A stretch of 56,323 nucleotides of DNA from Deltaproteobacteria bacterium GWC2_65_14 (GCA_001797615.1 MGPV01000012.1:1-56323); one strand, 5' to 3'; shown: positions 19,190 to 29,572, counted from the stretch's first letter. Numbers and translations: made by a program. The notes: a model not told the origin generated them from the letters alone.

Positions 19190-20656
19190 ATGCCGCGTGA
19201 TCCCGGGTCGGGGGGAGCCGGACCGGGATTTCCCGTTTTCCGGTTCGACGGCCGCCGGCTCGCGGCCGCCGACCATCATCCCGTATCGGAGTTCCCGGTC
19301 CACCTCACGGTGAACGGGACCGCGCTCGCCACCCTGATCGCTTCCCCGCACGATCTCGAATATCTCGTGGCGGGATTCCTCCGAATGCAGGGGATGGTCG
19401 GGCGGGCGGACGACATCGTGATGCTCGGGGTCTGCCCGGAATCCGGCGGCGCCAGCGTGAGAATCCGGGGGGAGGTCCCGGAACAGCTGCGGCCGATCCT
19501 GACCTCCGGCTGCGGGGGAGGGGTCGGCTTTCACCTGCCGGAGGCCGGGGAGGCGGGCGGCCGGGAGGAACCGCGGGAACCGGTCGGGGAACACCGGTTT
19601 TCGCCCGGCGCGATCTTCGCCATGATGGATTCTCTCGGGCGGCAGGCGGAGAGGTACAAAAGCCACGGGGGGATCCATTCCGCCGCGGCGGGGGACGGGG
19701 AGAGGATCCTGCTGGCCGCCGAGGATATCGGCCGCCACAACACGATCGACCGGATCGCCGGGGAGGCGCTCCTCAAGGGGATCGACCTCTCCGGGAAGAT
19801 CCTCGTCAGCTCCGGCCGGATCTCCTCGGAGATGGCGGCCAAGGGGGCGGCCTTGCGGATCTCCGTCATCGCCTCGAGGACCTCCCCGACCGACTTGGCG
19901 ATCCGGATCGCCGGGGAGGCGGGGATCACCCTCCTCGGCTACGTGCGGGGGGGACGGTTCACCGTGTACACCCATCCCTGGAGGATCGCGCTTCCTTCCG
20001 AAAGCGAGGGTCCGTTGGAGGGGGTCACGGGAGTGATCCTGGCCGGGGGGCCGTCCACCCGGATGGGGAAAAACAAGGCGCTCCTCCCCTGGCGCGGGGG
20101 AAGGCTCATCGAGGAGGTGTACGGGCGGATGTCCCGGATCTTCCGGGAGGTGATCGTGGTCACGAACAGCCCGGACCTCTACCCGTTCCTTCCCTGCCGG
20201 ATGGTCCCGGATCTCTACCCCGGGATGGGGAGTCTGGCGGGGGTCCATTCGGGACTGAAGCACGCGGGAACCCCCTGGATCTTCGCCGTCGCCTGCGACA
20301 TGCCCTTTCTCGAGGAACGGCTGGTGCGCCGCCTCCTCTCCTTGCGGGAGGGAGCCGACGTGGTGATCCCGGTAGGCCCGCTCGGTCCGGAGCCGCTGCA
20401 CGCGGCCTACGGAGACGGAGCCCTCCGGGCGGTGGAGGAACTCCTTGCGTCCGGCGAACAGAGGGTCCTCTCGATTCACGAACGGGTGCGGGCCCGGAAG
20501 GTTTCCTGCGAGGAGGTCGGGTCGCTGGATCCGGAGGGGCGCTCCTTTCGGAACATCAACACCCCGGAGGACTACTCCCGCCTGCTCGGGGAGGAAACCG
20601 GATCCGGACCCGACGCCCTGGAGTTGGGCGGGGACCGGGGCCGGCCGGATCGATGA
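19190..20656 (+). CDS. fdhD-mobA: FdhD sulfurtransferase fused to MobA (Mo/W-cofactor guanylyltransferase)
   Basis: FdhD: LIASPHDLEYLVAGFL, LTSGCGGG, EDIGRHNTIDRI, SSGRISSEM. MobA: VILAGGPSTRMGKNKALL, GSLAGVHSGL, ACDMPF, NINTPED. Confidence 0.93.
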   Translation: MPRDPGSGGAGPGFPVFRFDGRRLAAADHHPVSEFPVHLTVNGTALATLIASPHDLEYLVAGFLRMQGMVGRADDIVMLGVCPESGGASVRIRGEVPEQLRPILTSGCGGGVGFHLPEAGEAGGREEPREPVGEHRFSPGAIFAMMDSLGRQAERYKSHGGIHSAAAGDGERILLAAEDIGRHNTIDRIAGEALLKGIDLSGKILVSSGRISSEMAAKGAALRISVIASRTSPTDLAIRIAGEAGITLLGYVRGGRFTVYTHPWRIALPSESEGPLEGVTGVILAGGPSTRMGKNKALLPWRGGRLIEEVYGRMSRIFREVIVVTNSPDLYPFLPCRMVPDLYPGMGSLAGVHSGLKHAGTPWIFAVACDMPFLEERLVRRLLSLREGADVVIPVGPLGPEPLHAAYGDGALRAVEELLASGEQRVLSIHERVRARKVSCEEVGSLDPEGRSFRNINTPEDYSRLLGEETGSGPDALELGGDRGRPDR

Positions 20657-21183
20657 GCGCTTCCTCGATCGGGAAGGGGAAGGCCGTCTCCTTCGTCGCG
20701 AAGTCGGGGACGGGGAAAACGACGCTGCTCGAGAAGGTGATCGCGGAGCTGAAAGGGCGCGGATACCGGGTGGGGGTCGTCAAGCACGACGCCCACCGGT
20801 TCGAGATCGATCGTCCCGGGAAGGACAGTCACCGGCTGACCGCCGCGGGGGCGGACACCATGGTGATCGCCTCTGCGGAGAAGCTCGCCATGGTGAAGCG
20901 GCATGCGGAGTCCCCCGGCGTGGAGGAGTTGATCGGGACCTACTTCGCCGACGTGGACATCGTCCTCACGGAGGGGTTCCGGAAAAGCAGGCTCCCCAAG
21001 ATCGAGGTCCACCGGAAAGGGCGCAGCGAGACCCTGCTCTGCCGCGGGGAGGAGCACGACCCGACGCTGGTGGCTGTGGCCAGCGACGCGCCGCTTTCCC
21101 TCGATGTCCCCCGGTTCGACATCGACGATCCCGCCGCCATCGCCGACTTCCTCGTGGAGACCTTCCTCACGCCCGGCGCGTGA
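20653..21183 (+). CDS. mobB: Molybdopterin-guanine dinucleotide biosynthesis protein B
   Basis: VAKSGTGKTTLLEKVI, VKHDAHRFEIDRPGKDS, LTEGFR, PKIEVHR. Confidence 0.95.
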   Translation: MSASSIGKGKAVSFVAKSGTGKTTLLEKVIAELKGRGYRVGVVKHDAHRFEIDRPGKDSHRLTAAGADTMVIASAEKLAMVKRHAESPGVEELIGTYFADVDIVLTEGFRKSRLPKIEVHRKGRSETLLCRGEEHDPTLVAVASDAPLSLDVPRFDIDDPAAIADFLVETFLTPGA

Positions 21184-21195
21184 CCCCGCCGCCGG

Positions 21196-22398
21196 TCAGC
21201 ATCGTCCGTAGAGGAAGAGGACCTCCACGCGCTCGCCGGCCTCGAAATGGGTTCGATCCACGGGCAGGATCGCGATCCCGGTTCCGCGGACCATCGTCCG
21301 GAGGATCCCCGTGTTCTGGTCTCCCGCGGAACGGACCCGGTATTCCCCGTCCGAAATCTCCGACTCCACCCGCAGGAACTGGATCCTCCCCGGTTTCTTC
21401 CGGACCGCCTCCGTGAGAACGGCCTTCACGCAGGGCTTCACCGGGGCGGGATCTCCGGCCATCTTCCGCAGGGCGGGGCGCGCGAGCATTTCGAAGGAGA
21501 TCATGGCCGACACGGGGTTCCCCGGCAGCGAAAACACCGGCCTGCGGCCCTGGAGTCCGAAGGCGAACGGTCGCCCCGGACGCATCTGCACCCTCCAGAA
21601 GATCTCGCGGACCGACAGCCCCGACAACGCCTCCCGGACGAGGTCCCTGTCGCCCGCGGATACCCCCGCCGAGGTGAGGAGGGCGTCCTCCGCGAGCCCG
21701 GCCGACAGCTTTCCCCGAAGCGACGGAAGGGAATCCCTCGCGATTCCGAGCATCACGGGCTCCCCGCCTGCCTCCCGGACCGCCGACGCCAGGGAGAAGC
21801 TGTTGCTGTTTACGATCGCCCCCGGGGGGATCTCCCCGCCCGGCTCCACCAGTTCGTCGCCGGTCGCAAGGATCGCGACCCGAGGCTTCCGGTACACCGG
21901 GATGAGGACCCTCCCGAACGAGGCGAGCAGGCTGATCTCCGGGGGCCTCAGGACCGTTCCGGGCGCCAGGACCCGGTCTCCCTTCCTCACGTCCTCCCCC
22001 CGGACCCGGACGTGGGCGCCGGCCTTCACCGCCCGCTCGATCCGCACCCGCCCACCCTCCTCCAGGGCATCCTCGAACGGGACCACGGCGTCGCACTCCG
22101 CGGGAAGCGGGGCCCCGGTCATGATCCGGACGGCGGACCCCGCCTTCAGCGCGGTTTTTCCGGAAAAGCCGGCGGGGCGATAGCCCGCGATCGCAAGGGT
22201 CACCGGGCCGGTGCACTCGGAACACCGGACGGCGAACCCGTCCATCGCGGAGTTGTCCGCGGAGGGCATGTCGAAGGGGGCGAAGATCGCCTCGGAGAGG
22301 ATCCGGCCGGCCGCCTCGAGCAGGGGGGCATGCTCCGCGGCGAGCGGAAAAACGCTGTCTAGAATCCTCGTCCTAGCCTCTTCGAAGGGGATGTCCAT
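21196..22398 (-). CDS. moeA: Molybdopterin molybdo/tungsto-transferase
   Basis: SAMDGFA, RIMTGAP, ILATGDELV, TSAGVSAGDRD, SLPGNPVS. Confidence 0.96.
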   Translation of the reverse strand: MDIPFEEARTRILDSVFPLAAEHAPLLEAAGRILSEAIFAPFDMPSADNSAMDGFAVRCSECTGPVTLAIAGYRPAGFSGKTALKAGSAVRIMTGAPLPAECDAVVPFEDALEEGGRVRIERAVKAGAHVRVRGEDVRKGDRVLAPGTVLRPPEISLLASFGRVLIPVYRKPRVAILATGDELVEPGGEIPPGAIVNSNSFSLASAVREAGGEPVMLGIARDSLPSLRGKLSAGLAEDALLTSAGVSAGDRDLVREALSGLSVREIFWRVQMRPGRPFAFGLQGRRPVFSLPGNPVSAMISFEMLARPALRKMAGDPAPVKPCVKAVLTEAVRKKPGRIQFLRVESEISDGEYRVRSAGDQNTGILRTMVRGTGIAILPVDRTHFEAGERVEVLFLYGRC

Positions 22399-22402
22399 CC
22401 GC

Positions 22403-23104
22403 TCAGTCTCCGTCCGTTGGATTTGCCGGTTCGGGCCCCGGTTGCGGCGGGGGATCGATCCTGCCGTTGGCGATGCGAAGGAGCTCGCTTCCGGACCATG
22501 CGGGATGGGACGGCCCGTGCGTTGCCAGAATCACCGTGGTCCCCGCCCGGGGAAGCGAAGCGATGACATCCTGTAGCACATCCGCGGTTTCCCTGTCCAC
22601 GTTCGCCAGCGGTTCGTCGAGCAGCAGCACTTTCGGGGAGAGCGCGAGGGCGCGCGCCATCGCGACACGCTGGGCTTCCCCCCCGGAGAGGCCCCGCGCC
22701 TTTCTCCGCTCGAACCCCGCAAGCCCCACCGTCTCCAGCGAACGTCCCGCGGACCGGCGGAGATCTTCCCCCCGGATCCCCCTCGCGGCGAGTCCGAACA
22801 CGAGGTTCCCGAAGACGGTGTCGTCGAACAGGTAGGGCGACTGGTGCAGCAGGGTGACCTCCCTCCGGACGCGGAAGGCGTGCGGAGTTCCCGCAAATAC
22901 CTTCTCTCCCCGGTAATAGAGCGTCCCCTCCGAGGGGGGGAGAAGAAGGGCCAGCAGCGAGAGGAGGGTGCTCTTCCCGGCGCCGTTCTGTCCCGCCAGG
23001 ATGTAGGACCGGCCTTCCGCGATCGAAAGGTCCGGGATTTCCAGCGCGACGACGCCGTTGTAGCGCCGCATCACCGACTCCAGGCGGTAGAGCGGGGGGC
23101 TCAT
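22403..23104 (-). CDS. tupC: Tungstate ABC transporter ATPase
   Basis: GQNGAGKST, LSGGEAQR, LLLDEP; ATG 23104 overlaps the tupB stop. Confidence 0.88.
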   Translation of the reverse strand: MSPPLYRLESVMRRYNGVVALEIPDLSIAEGRSYILAGQNGAGKSTLLSLLALLLPPSEGTLYYRGEKVFAGTPHAFRVRREVTLLHQSPYLFDDTVFGNLVFGLAARGIRGEDLRRSAGRSLETVGLAGFERRKARGLSGGEAQRVAMARALALSPKVLLLDEPLANVDRETADVLQDVIASLPRAGTTVILATHGPSHPAWSGSELLRIANGRIDPPPQPGPEPANPTDGD

Positions 23105-23793
23105 GGCCGCCTCTGCTGGAGGAGGCTCAGGAAGACGTTGACGATCAGGGCGACCGCCATGAGGACCACTCCCAGGGCCATCCCCTCGGCGAACTTCCCC
23201 TTGCTGGTCTCCAGGGCGATCGCGGTGGTCATCGTCCGGGTGTAGCCGCGGATGTTGCCGCCGAGCATCATCGCGATTCCGACCTCCGAGACCACCCGGC
23301 CGAACCCCGCGACGACGGCGGCCAGGATTCCGAAGCGGATCTCGGAGACGAACTTCAGCCAGGCCCGGACGGGGCCGGCCCCCAGGGTCATCGCCGTCGG
23401 GAGGATCCTTGCGTCGGCCCCCTTCGCGGCGACCATGGCATAGTGCGCCACGATCGGGGTGCACAGGATGGTCCCCCCGATCACGATCGCCGCCGGCGTG
23501 AAGAGAAGGCCGAGGGAGCCCAGGGGACCGCGCCGGCTGAGGAAGCCGTAGACGACCAGGCCGACCAGGACCGTCGGAAGGGCGACGAGGCTGTTCAGCA
23601 GCGTCACGGCCGGCCGCTTGAGGGGAAACTCGGAAAGCCCCACCGCCAGCCCCAGTGGGATCCCCATGAGGGAGGCGAGCAGGATCGAGCCGCCCGAGAC
23701 GAGGAGGGAGGTGAGCACCGCATGCAGGATGTCGGGATCCGCCGAGAGAAGGAGCGACAGGGCCGCGTTCATCGAATCGGCGAAAAATTCCAC
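23101..23793 (-). CDS. tupB: Tungstate ABC transporter permease
   Basis: ALPTVLVGL, GFGRVVSEVG, GGNIRGYTRTMTTAIALETSKG. Confidence 0.92.
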   Translation of the reverse strand: MEFFADSMNAALSLLLSADPDILHAVLTSLLVSGGSILLASLMGIPLGLAVGLSEFPLKRPAVTLLNSLVALPTVLVGLVVYGFLSRRGPLGSLGLLFTPAAIVIGGTILCTPIVAHYAMVAAKGADARILPTAMTLGAGPVRAWLKFVSEIRFGILAAVVAGFGRVVSEVGIAMMLGGNIRGYTRTMTTAIALETSKGKFAEGMALGVVLMAVALIVNVFLSLLQQRRP

Positions 23794-24645
23794 TCAGCGC
23801 TCCGCGCCCATGGCGGGGAAGAAGAGCGGCTCCCCGGCGATCCGGTATTCGGCGATGATTCGCTGTCCTTCGGGGCCGGTCAGGAAGTCGGTGAACTTCC
23901 GGGCCAGGCCGTACCGCACGTGCGGATGCCGGGCGGGACTCACGGCGATCACCCCGTAGGGGTTGCGGAGCTGCGCGTCCCCCTGGAACAGGATCGCCAG
24001 GTCGATCCTCGTCCGGAAGGCGACGTAGGTCCCCCGGTCGGACAGGGTGTATCCCCGTTTCTGGAAGGCCATCTCGAGGACCTCGCCCATCCCCTGGCCC
24101 GCCTCCCGGTACCAGGACCCCTTCGGGACGATCCCCGCCGCGCGCCAGAGCTCCTGTTCCTTCCGGTGCGTCCCCGACTCGTCGCCCCGGGAGATGAAGA
24201 GGGCCTTCGACGCGGCAATCCGGCGCAGGGCGTCCGCCGGGCCGACCGCGCCCGACACCTTGGCCGGGTCGGCCCGGGGCCCGAGCAGGACGAAGTCGTT
24301 GTACATCACATCCTTCCTGTCGATCCCGTGCCCCTGGGCCACGAACCGGTCCTCGAGCTCCCGGGCATGGACGAACACGACGTCGACATCCCCCGCCTCC
24401 CCCAGCTTGAGGGCCTTCCCCGTGCCCACCGCGATCACGTTCACGGTGCAGCCGTTGGCCCGCTCGAACGGAGGGAGAAGCGCCGCAAGCAGTCCGGAGC
24501 TCTCCGTGGAGGTGGTGGTCGACATCCGGAGACGTTCCCCTGATTGCACAGCAGAGGAAAGGATCAGGATCGTCGCGGCGAATGCGGAGAGCGTCCTGAT
24601 CAACCGATGCCGCGGGGAGGATTTTCGGACATACGAGGACGCCAT
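23794..24645 (-). CDS. tupA: Tungstate ABC transporter substrate-binding protein
   Basis: Signal-like N-terminus, RMSTTTSTESSGLL (TTTS motif), GTGKAL, FISRGDESGTH, TLSDRGTY; start approximate. Confidence 0.9.
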   Translation of the reverse strand: MASSYVRKSSPRHRLIRTLSAFAATILILSSAVQSGERLRMSTTTSTESSGLLAALLPPFERANGCTVNVIAVGTGKALKLGEAGDVDVVFVHARELEDRFVAQGHGIDRKDVMYNDFVLLGPRADPAKVSGAVGPADALRRIAASKALFISRGDESGTHRKEQELWRAAGIVPKGSWYREAGQGMGEVLEMAFQKRGYTLSDRGTYVAFRTRIDLAILFQGDAQLRNPYGVIAVSPARHPHVRYGLARKFTDFLTGPEGQRIIAEYRIAGEPLFFPAMGAER

Positions 24646-25118
24646 CCGTCTCCGGAACCCTGCCGGGTCATCCATAAAGGAGTTCTGAAAATAGTATACC
24701 GCAACGCCTCTTCCGTCCAGACCGGAACGACCTGGTTCGGCATGGCGGGGAAACCGATCGGTTGGCGGGACGCCATGCGGTGCGCCGCGCTCGCTTCGTG
24801 TTGTAACCCCTTGGAATCCTTGAGATAAAAAAAAGGGAAATCGGCATAAAAATATTAGAAAAGCCATGAAATACAATAGGTTATCCGTGAAAAAACCCGG
24901 ATTCGGGGAGGTTCGTCTGGCGTATAATGTCCCTTCAGAACCGTCCGGCGAAAGAGGGCCATGGCCGGGCGGGGAGATATCCGAGATCGTTTTCCGGAGA
25001 AACGTACGGGGTACGAAAAGGTTCGCACGGTGGTTGCATGGGACATCGGTGCGCTCTTGAAGAAGGAAAATTCCATCCGGCGTCCAGGACGGCCGGAGGT
25101 CGCATCAGGGGAACCGAG

Positions 25119-25844
25119 ATGAAATCCAGGGACGGCTACCGCTACATCATCAAGGTGTTCGAGGCGCAGTGGGACCAGCTCCACGAGGAGACGGTGAAGC
25201 CGTTCTTCGAGCAGCTGAAGCGGGACACCGAGGACACCTATGCCCGGCGCAACGGCTACCGGCGGACCCGGCCGGGGCACGACGCGCTGTTCCGCTACGT
25301 CGTCTTCCAGAACGCGCAGGGGCTCAAGGACGCCCTGTCCCGCCAGGATCAGGGGGTCGACAGCCGGACGAAGATCGCCTACATCGCCTGCCACGGGGAG
25401 CGGGGGAAGATCAGCGCCGTACGCGACATCAGCCGGACGAGGCTGAAGAACATCATCGCGCCTCTTTCCAGCTACGACGGGCTCTTCTTCGGCGCCTGCG
25501 ACTTCGTCGACAGGAAAACGGCGGAGGTATTGCTGGAAAACTCCCCCCACATCAAATGGGTCGCCGGGTATGCCCACTGGATTCCCTGGCTCGAAGGGAT
25601 GATCTGCGACCTGATGTTCTTCCGCCTCCTCCTTTCCGGGAGATTCGTCCGCCCGAGGATCAACGCCCGGTGGGAGCCGGTCGGACGCCCCGAGGATGCC
25701 GCCTTCCGGCTCTACGAGGATTTCTCCCAGGCGCTGGATCTGGGGTTTTCCCTCTTCTTCCGGGGACGGGAGGGAGTCGTTTCGACCCGGGAAAGGTACC
25801 TGGAGCACCAGTCCCACCATCCGGCTCAACGGGCGGTTTCGTAG
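25119..25844 (+). CDS. Caspase/CHAT-fold (clan CD, DUF6642-like) putative cysteine protease
   Basis: Beta-strand + His-Gly (IAYIACHG) and beta-strand + Ala-Cys (LFFGAC) 36 residues apart, followed by WVAGY...IPW. Confidence 0.6.
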   Translation: MKSRDGYRYIIKVFEAQWDQLHEETVKPFFEQLKRDTEDTYARRNGYRRTRPGHDALFRYVVFQNAQGLKDALSRQDQGVDSRTKIAYIACHGERGKISAVRDISRTRLKNIIAPLSSYDGLFFGACDFVDRKTAEVLLENSPHIKWVAGYAHWIPWLEGMICDLMFFRLLLSGRFVRPRINARWEPVGRPEDAAFRLYEDFSQALDLGFSLFFRGREGVVSTRERYLEHQSHHPAQRAVS

Positions 25845-25916
25845 ATCGCTTCCGCTTGAATCCTGCCGAAGTTTTCGGGAATCTTTAGGAAAACGAAAAG
25901 ACACGGGGAGGAACCC

Positions 25917-26963
25917 ATGCGGTACAAGCTGCTCGGCCGGAGCGGACTGCGGGTGTCGGAGATCTGCCTCGGGACGATGACGTTCGGCGAGGAGTGGGGA
26001 TTCGGGGCCACCCGGGAGGAAAGCAGAAGGATCTTCGACGCGTTCGCGGACGCGGGCGGAAACTTCATCGACACCGCGAACATGTACACGAACGGCACGA
26101 GCGAGCGGTTCACGGGGGAGTTTCTCGGGCAGGACCGCGACCGGTTCGTGCTGGCCACCAAGTACACCCTCAGCATGCGGGCGGACGACCCGAACGCGAG
26201 CGGCAATCACCGGAAGAACCTGGTGCAGTCGCTCGAGGCGAGCCTTTCGCGGCTGGGGACCGACTACATCGACCTGTACTGGCTTCACGCCTGGGATTTC
26301 ATGACTCCCGTGGAGGAGGTGATGCGGGCGCTCGACGACGTGGTCCGGGCCGGGAAGGTGCGGTACGTCGGGGTGTCCGACACCCCCGCATGGATCGTGT
26401 CCCGCGCGAACACCCTGGCGGAACTGCGGGGATGGACGCCGTTCATCGGGCTGCAGATCGAGTACAGCCTGATCCAGCGCACGGTCGAGCGCGACCTGAT
26501 CCCGATGGCGAACGCGCTCGACATCGCGGTGACCGCGTGGGGGGCGATCGGCGGCGGCGTCCTTTCCGGGAAATACAGCGGCAAGCCGGGGAAGGTGAAG
26601 GCGACCGATTCCCGAAGGAAGGATTCCAACCTCTGGAGGATCAGCGAGAAGAACCTCGCGATCGCGCGCGACGTCGAGAAGGTCGCCCGCGAGATCGGGC
26701 GGACCCCCTCCCAGGTCGCCCTGACCTGGGTCCGGCAGCAGAAGGGGGTCATGATTCCGATCCTGGGCGTGCGGACCCTCGAGCAGACGATGGACAACCT
26801 GGGCTGCCTCGACTTCGAGCTGAAGGAGGAGCACCTGGAGCGGCTCTCCCGCATCAGCGCCGTCGAGATGGGCTTCCCCTACGACTTCCTGGCCATGGAC
26901 ATGGCGAAGAAGGCGGTGTACGGAGAGACCTTCCCCCGGATCGACAACCACCGGAACCGGTAG
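25917..26963 (+). CDS. Aldo/keto reductase
   Basis: [49 protein letters not shown]. Confidence 0.96.
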   Translation: MRYKLLGRSGLRVSEICLGTMTFGEEWGFGATREESRRIFDAFADAGGNFIDTANMYTNGTSERFTGEFLGQDRDRFVLATKYTLSMRADDPNASGNHRKNLVQSLEASLSRLGTDYIDLYWLHAWDFMTPVEEVMRALDDVVRAGKVRYVGVSDTPAWIVSRANTLAELRGWTPFIGLQIEYSLIQRTVERDLIPMANALDIAVTAWGAIGGGVLSGKYSGKPGKVKATDSRRKDSNLWRISEKNLAIARDVEKVAREIGRTPSQVALTWVRQQKGVMIPILGVRTLEQTMDNLGCLDFELKEEHLERLSRISAVEMGFPYDFLAMDMAKKAVYGETFPRIDNHRNR

Positions 26964-27006
26964 CTGCCGATCCGGAGGAGGACGCCTTCGGGAAGGAGGA
27001 GAGCGG

Positions 27007-28311
27007 ATGATGGGGTACCAGCCGATCGAGAACTACGGGGTGATCGGCGACCTCCACACGATCGCGCTCGCCGGGATGGACGGCTCGATCGATTTCATGT
27101 GCTTTCCCCACTTCGATTCCCCGACCATCTTCGCGGGGCTCCTGGACCGGGAGCGGGGGGGGGCGTTCCGGATCGCCCCGGCGTTGAAAGGGGCGAGGCA
27201 GAAGCAGCTCTATCTTCCCGACTCGAACATCCTGCTCTCCCGGTTCCTCTCGGACGAGGGGGTGGCCGAGATCACCGACTTCATGACGATCGCGGAGGGG
27301 GAGCACTCGCACGACCTCGTCCGGCAGGTCGGGACGGTCCGCGGGGAGGTCGGATTCCGGCTGCTCTGCGATCCGAGGTTCGACTACGGACGGCGGGGGC
27401 ACCGGGTCGAGAGGTTCGACGGCGGCGTTCTCTTCGTGCCGGAAGGGGAGGGGATCCCCGCGCTCCGGTTCCGGTCCCGGGTCCCGCTCGACATCGTCTC
27501 GGGTGCTGTCACGGCGGAGTTCCGCCTCGGGGCGGGGGAGGCCGCAGCCTTCATCCTGGAAGAGGCGAAGCCGGGCGTGGAATCCCCCTCCGCCGGAGAG
27601 GACTACGTCGCCCGGTCGCTGGAGAAGACCCTGGCCTACTGGCGCCGCTGGATGGCCCGGTCCACGTACCGGGGACGATGGCGGGAGATGGTGAACCGGT
27701 CGGCCCTTGCGCTCAAGCTGCTCACCTCGCATCCGGACGGGTCCATCGTGGCGGCCCCGACCTTCGGGCTCCCGGAGAAGATCGGCGGGGTGCGGAACTG
27801 GGACTACCGGTACACCTGGATCCGGGACGCTTCCTTCACCGTCTACGCGCTGATCCGCCTCGGTTACACGGAGGAGGCGGCGGCCTTCATGCGCTGGATC
27901 GAGGCGCGGTGCGGGGAGCTCCGGGAGGACGGGTCGCTCCAGGTGATGTACGGCATCGACGGACGTCACGACCTCCCCGAAACGGTCCTCTCCCATTTCG
28001 AGGGGTACCGGAAATCGGCCCCGGTGCGGATCGGGAACGCCGCGGCCACGCAGCTCCAGCTCGACATCTACGGGGAGCTGATGGACTCCGTCTACCTCTA
28101 CAACAAGTACGGCGAGCCGATCTCCTACGACCTGTGGACCGACCTGGTCCGGCTGATCGAGTGGGTCTGCAGGAACTGGAGCCGGAAGGACGAGGGGATC
28201 TGGGAGGTGCGCGGGGGGCAGCAGGGAAATTACCCCCAGGCCTTCACCCACCTGGGGCTGATCAGCGCCGCCTACAACCTCGACCGCAACCTGTCGGGAG
28301 AGGGGCGGTAG
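27007..28311 (+). pseudogene. GH15 glucoamylase/trehalase-like hydrolase with a large in-frame internal deletion
   Basis: [12 protein letters not shown] and [10 protein letters not shown] join directly (~28224) to the terminal [13 protein letters not shown] motif; 434 aa versus about 600 aa typical. Confidence 0.8.
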
Positions 28312-28350
28312 CCCCTCCGCCCGCCTCCGGGCCCACGAGACCGCCCGGGT

Positions 28351-29319
28351 CTACGGGATCAGCAGAAGCTTTCCGGTGGTCCCGCGTCCCGCCAGGTCCG
28401 AGTGGGCCCGCGAAGCCATCTCCAGCGGATACTCTCCGCCGATCCGCACCCGGAGCTTTCCCGAAGCCGCCCATCCCAGCAGATCCCCGGCCCGCTGGAG
28501 GAGCTCCTCCCGGGTCGCGGTGTAGTGAGACAGGGAGGGACGGGTCAGGAAGAGCCCCCCCCTGGCGCTCAGGATCTGCGGATCCAGCGGAGCGACCGGA
28601 CCGCTCGACTGGCCGTAGAGCACCAGCATCCCACGGGGGGAAAGGCAGTTCAGGCTCTTGTCGAAGGTGTCCCGGCCGACCGAGTCGTAGACCGCCTGAA
28701 CGCCCCGGCCGCCGGTCAACCGCTTCACCTCGGCCTCGAAATCCTGCGACGTGTAGAGAATCACCTCGTCGGCCCCGAATTGCCTCGCCAGCTCCGCCTT
28801 CCCGGGGGTCGAGACGGTGCCGATCGTCCTGGCCCCCCGCCGCTTCGCCATCTGGAGAAGCAGCAGCCCGACCCCCCCCGCGGCCGCGTGGACGAGGCAG
28901 GCGTCGCCCGGCTTCAACGGGAAGGTGCTGTGCGTGAGGTAGTGCGCGGTCATTCCCTGGAGCATCGCGGCGGCCCCGATCCGGGTGTCGACCCCCGTGG
29001 GAAGCCGGACCAGCCGCCAGGAGGGAACGACCGCATATTCCGCGTAGGCGCCCAGCGATCCGGAGTATGCGACACGGTCGCCCGGCGACACTTCCCGGAC
29101 CCCGGGACCGATCTGCTCGACGACGCCCGCCCCCTCGTTCCCAGGAACCATGGGCAGCGGCACCGGGTATTGTCCCAGGCGCTGGTAGATGTCGATGAAG
29201 TTCACGCCGGCCGCCTCGACCCGGACCAGCGCCTGCCCCTCTCCGGGCGAAGGCCGGGGAACCTCCTCCGGGACCATCACCTCCGGACCTCCGAACGTGT
29301 GCACGCGAATCGCTTTCAA
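28351..29319 (-). CDS. qor: NADPH:quinone oxidoreductase (zeta-crystallin/MDR)
   Basis: AGVNFIDIYQRLG, GMTAHYL, HAAAGGVG, YDSVG, TTGKLLL. Confidence 0.93.
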   Translation of the reverse strand: MKAIRVHTFGGPEVMVPEEVPRPSPGEGQALVRVEAAGVNFIDIYQRLGQYPVPLPMVPGNEGAGVVEQIGPGVREVSPGDRVAYSGSLGAYAEYAVVPSWRLVRLPTGVDTRIGAAAMLQGMTAHYLTHSTFPLKPGDACLVHAAAGGVGLLLLQMAKRRGARTIGTVSTPGKAELARQFGADEVILYTSQDFEAEVKRLTGGRGVQAVYDSVGRDTFDKSLNCLSPRGMLVLYGQSSGPVAPLDPQILSARGGLFLTRPSLSHYTATREELLQRAGDLLGWAASGKLRVRIGGEYPLEMASRAHSDLAGRGTTGKLLLIP

Positions 29320-29352
29320 CGTATCCTCCGTGGAATATTATACTGCTGAAAC

Positions 29353-29451
29353 ACGGTCCGGCTGCTCCTCGATCTTCGGACCCCGATTGCCGGAAAGGAT
29401 GTGCTCGTCGTCGAGGACATCGTCGATACCGGTTCCACCCTTCGTTTCCTG
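29353..29451 (+). pseudogene. hpt: 33-codon relic of hypoxanthine phosphoribosyltransferase
   Basis: TVRLLLDLRTPIAGKDVLVVEDIVDTGSTLRFL contains the PRPP-binding motif; flanks are unrelated. Confidence 0.75.
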
Positions 29452-29572
29452 TGGGCCGTCGGGGAGGAACGGGATTATTTTTGTCACTCCGACAGGCGAT
29501 CAGGTAAAGTAGGAGGCATTCCTTTATTACCCCGCGATCCACACCATCTCAGGAACCAGGGAGGAAGCGTAG

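Noticed and set aside
18900-19190. Moco/Tuco or c-di-GMP riboswitch upstream of fdhD
   Set aside because: Only a short CCAGT/ACTGG hairpin is visible and I cannot recognise the conserved cores; an Infernal/Rfam scan would settle it.
24800-24885. Inverted IHF-like sites (TAACCCCTTGG ... CAATAGGTTA)
   Set aside because: Two mismatches each to WATCAANNNNTTR; too degenerate to call.
24930-25118. Structured ncRNA upstream of the caspase-like gene
   Set aside because: Hairpins are weak and expected by chance at this GC content; no recognisable family.
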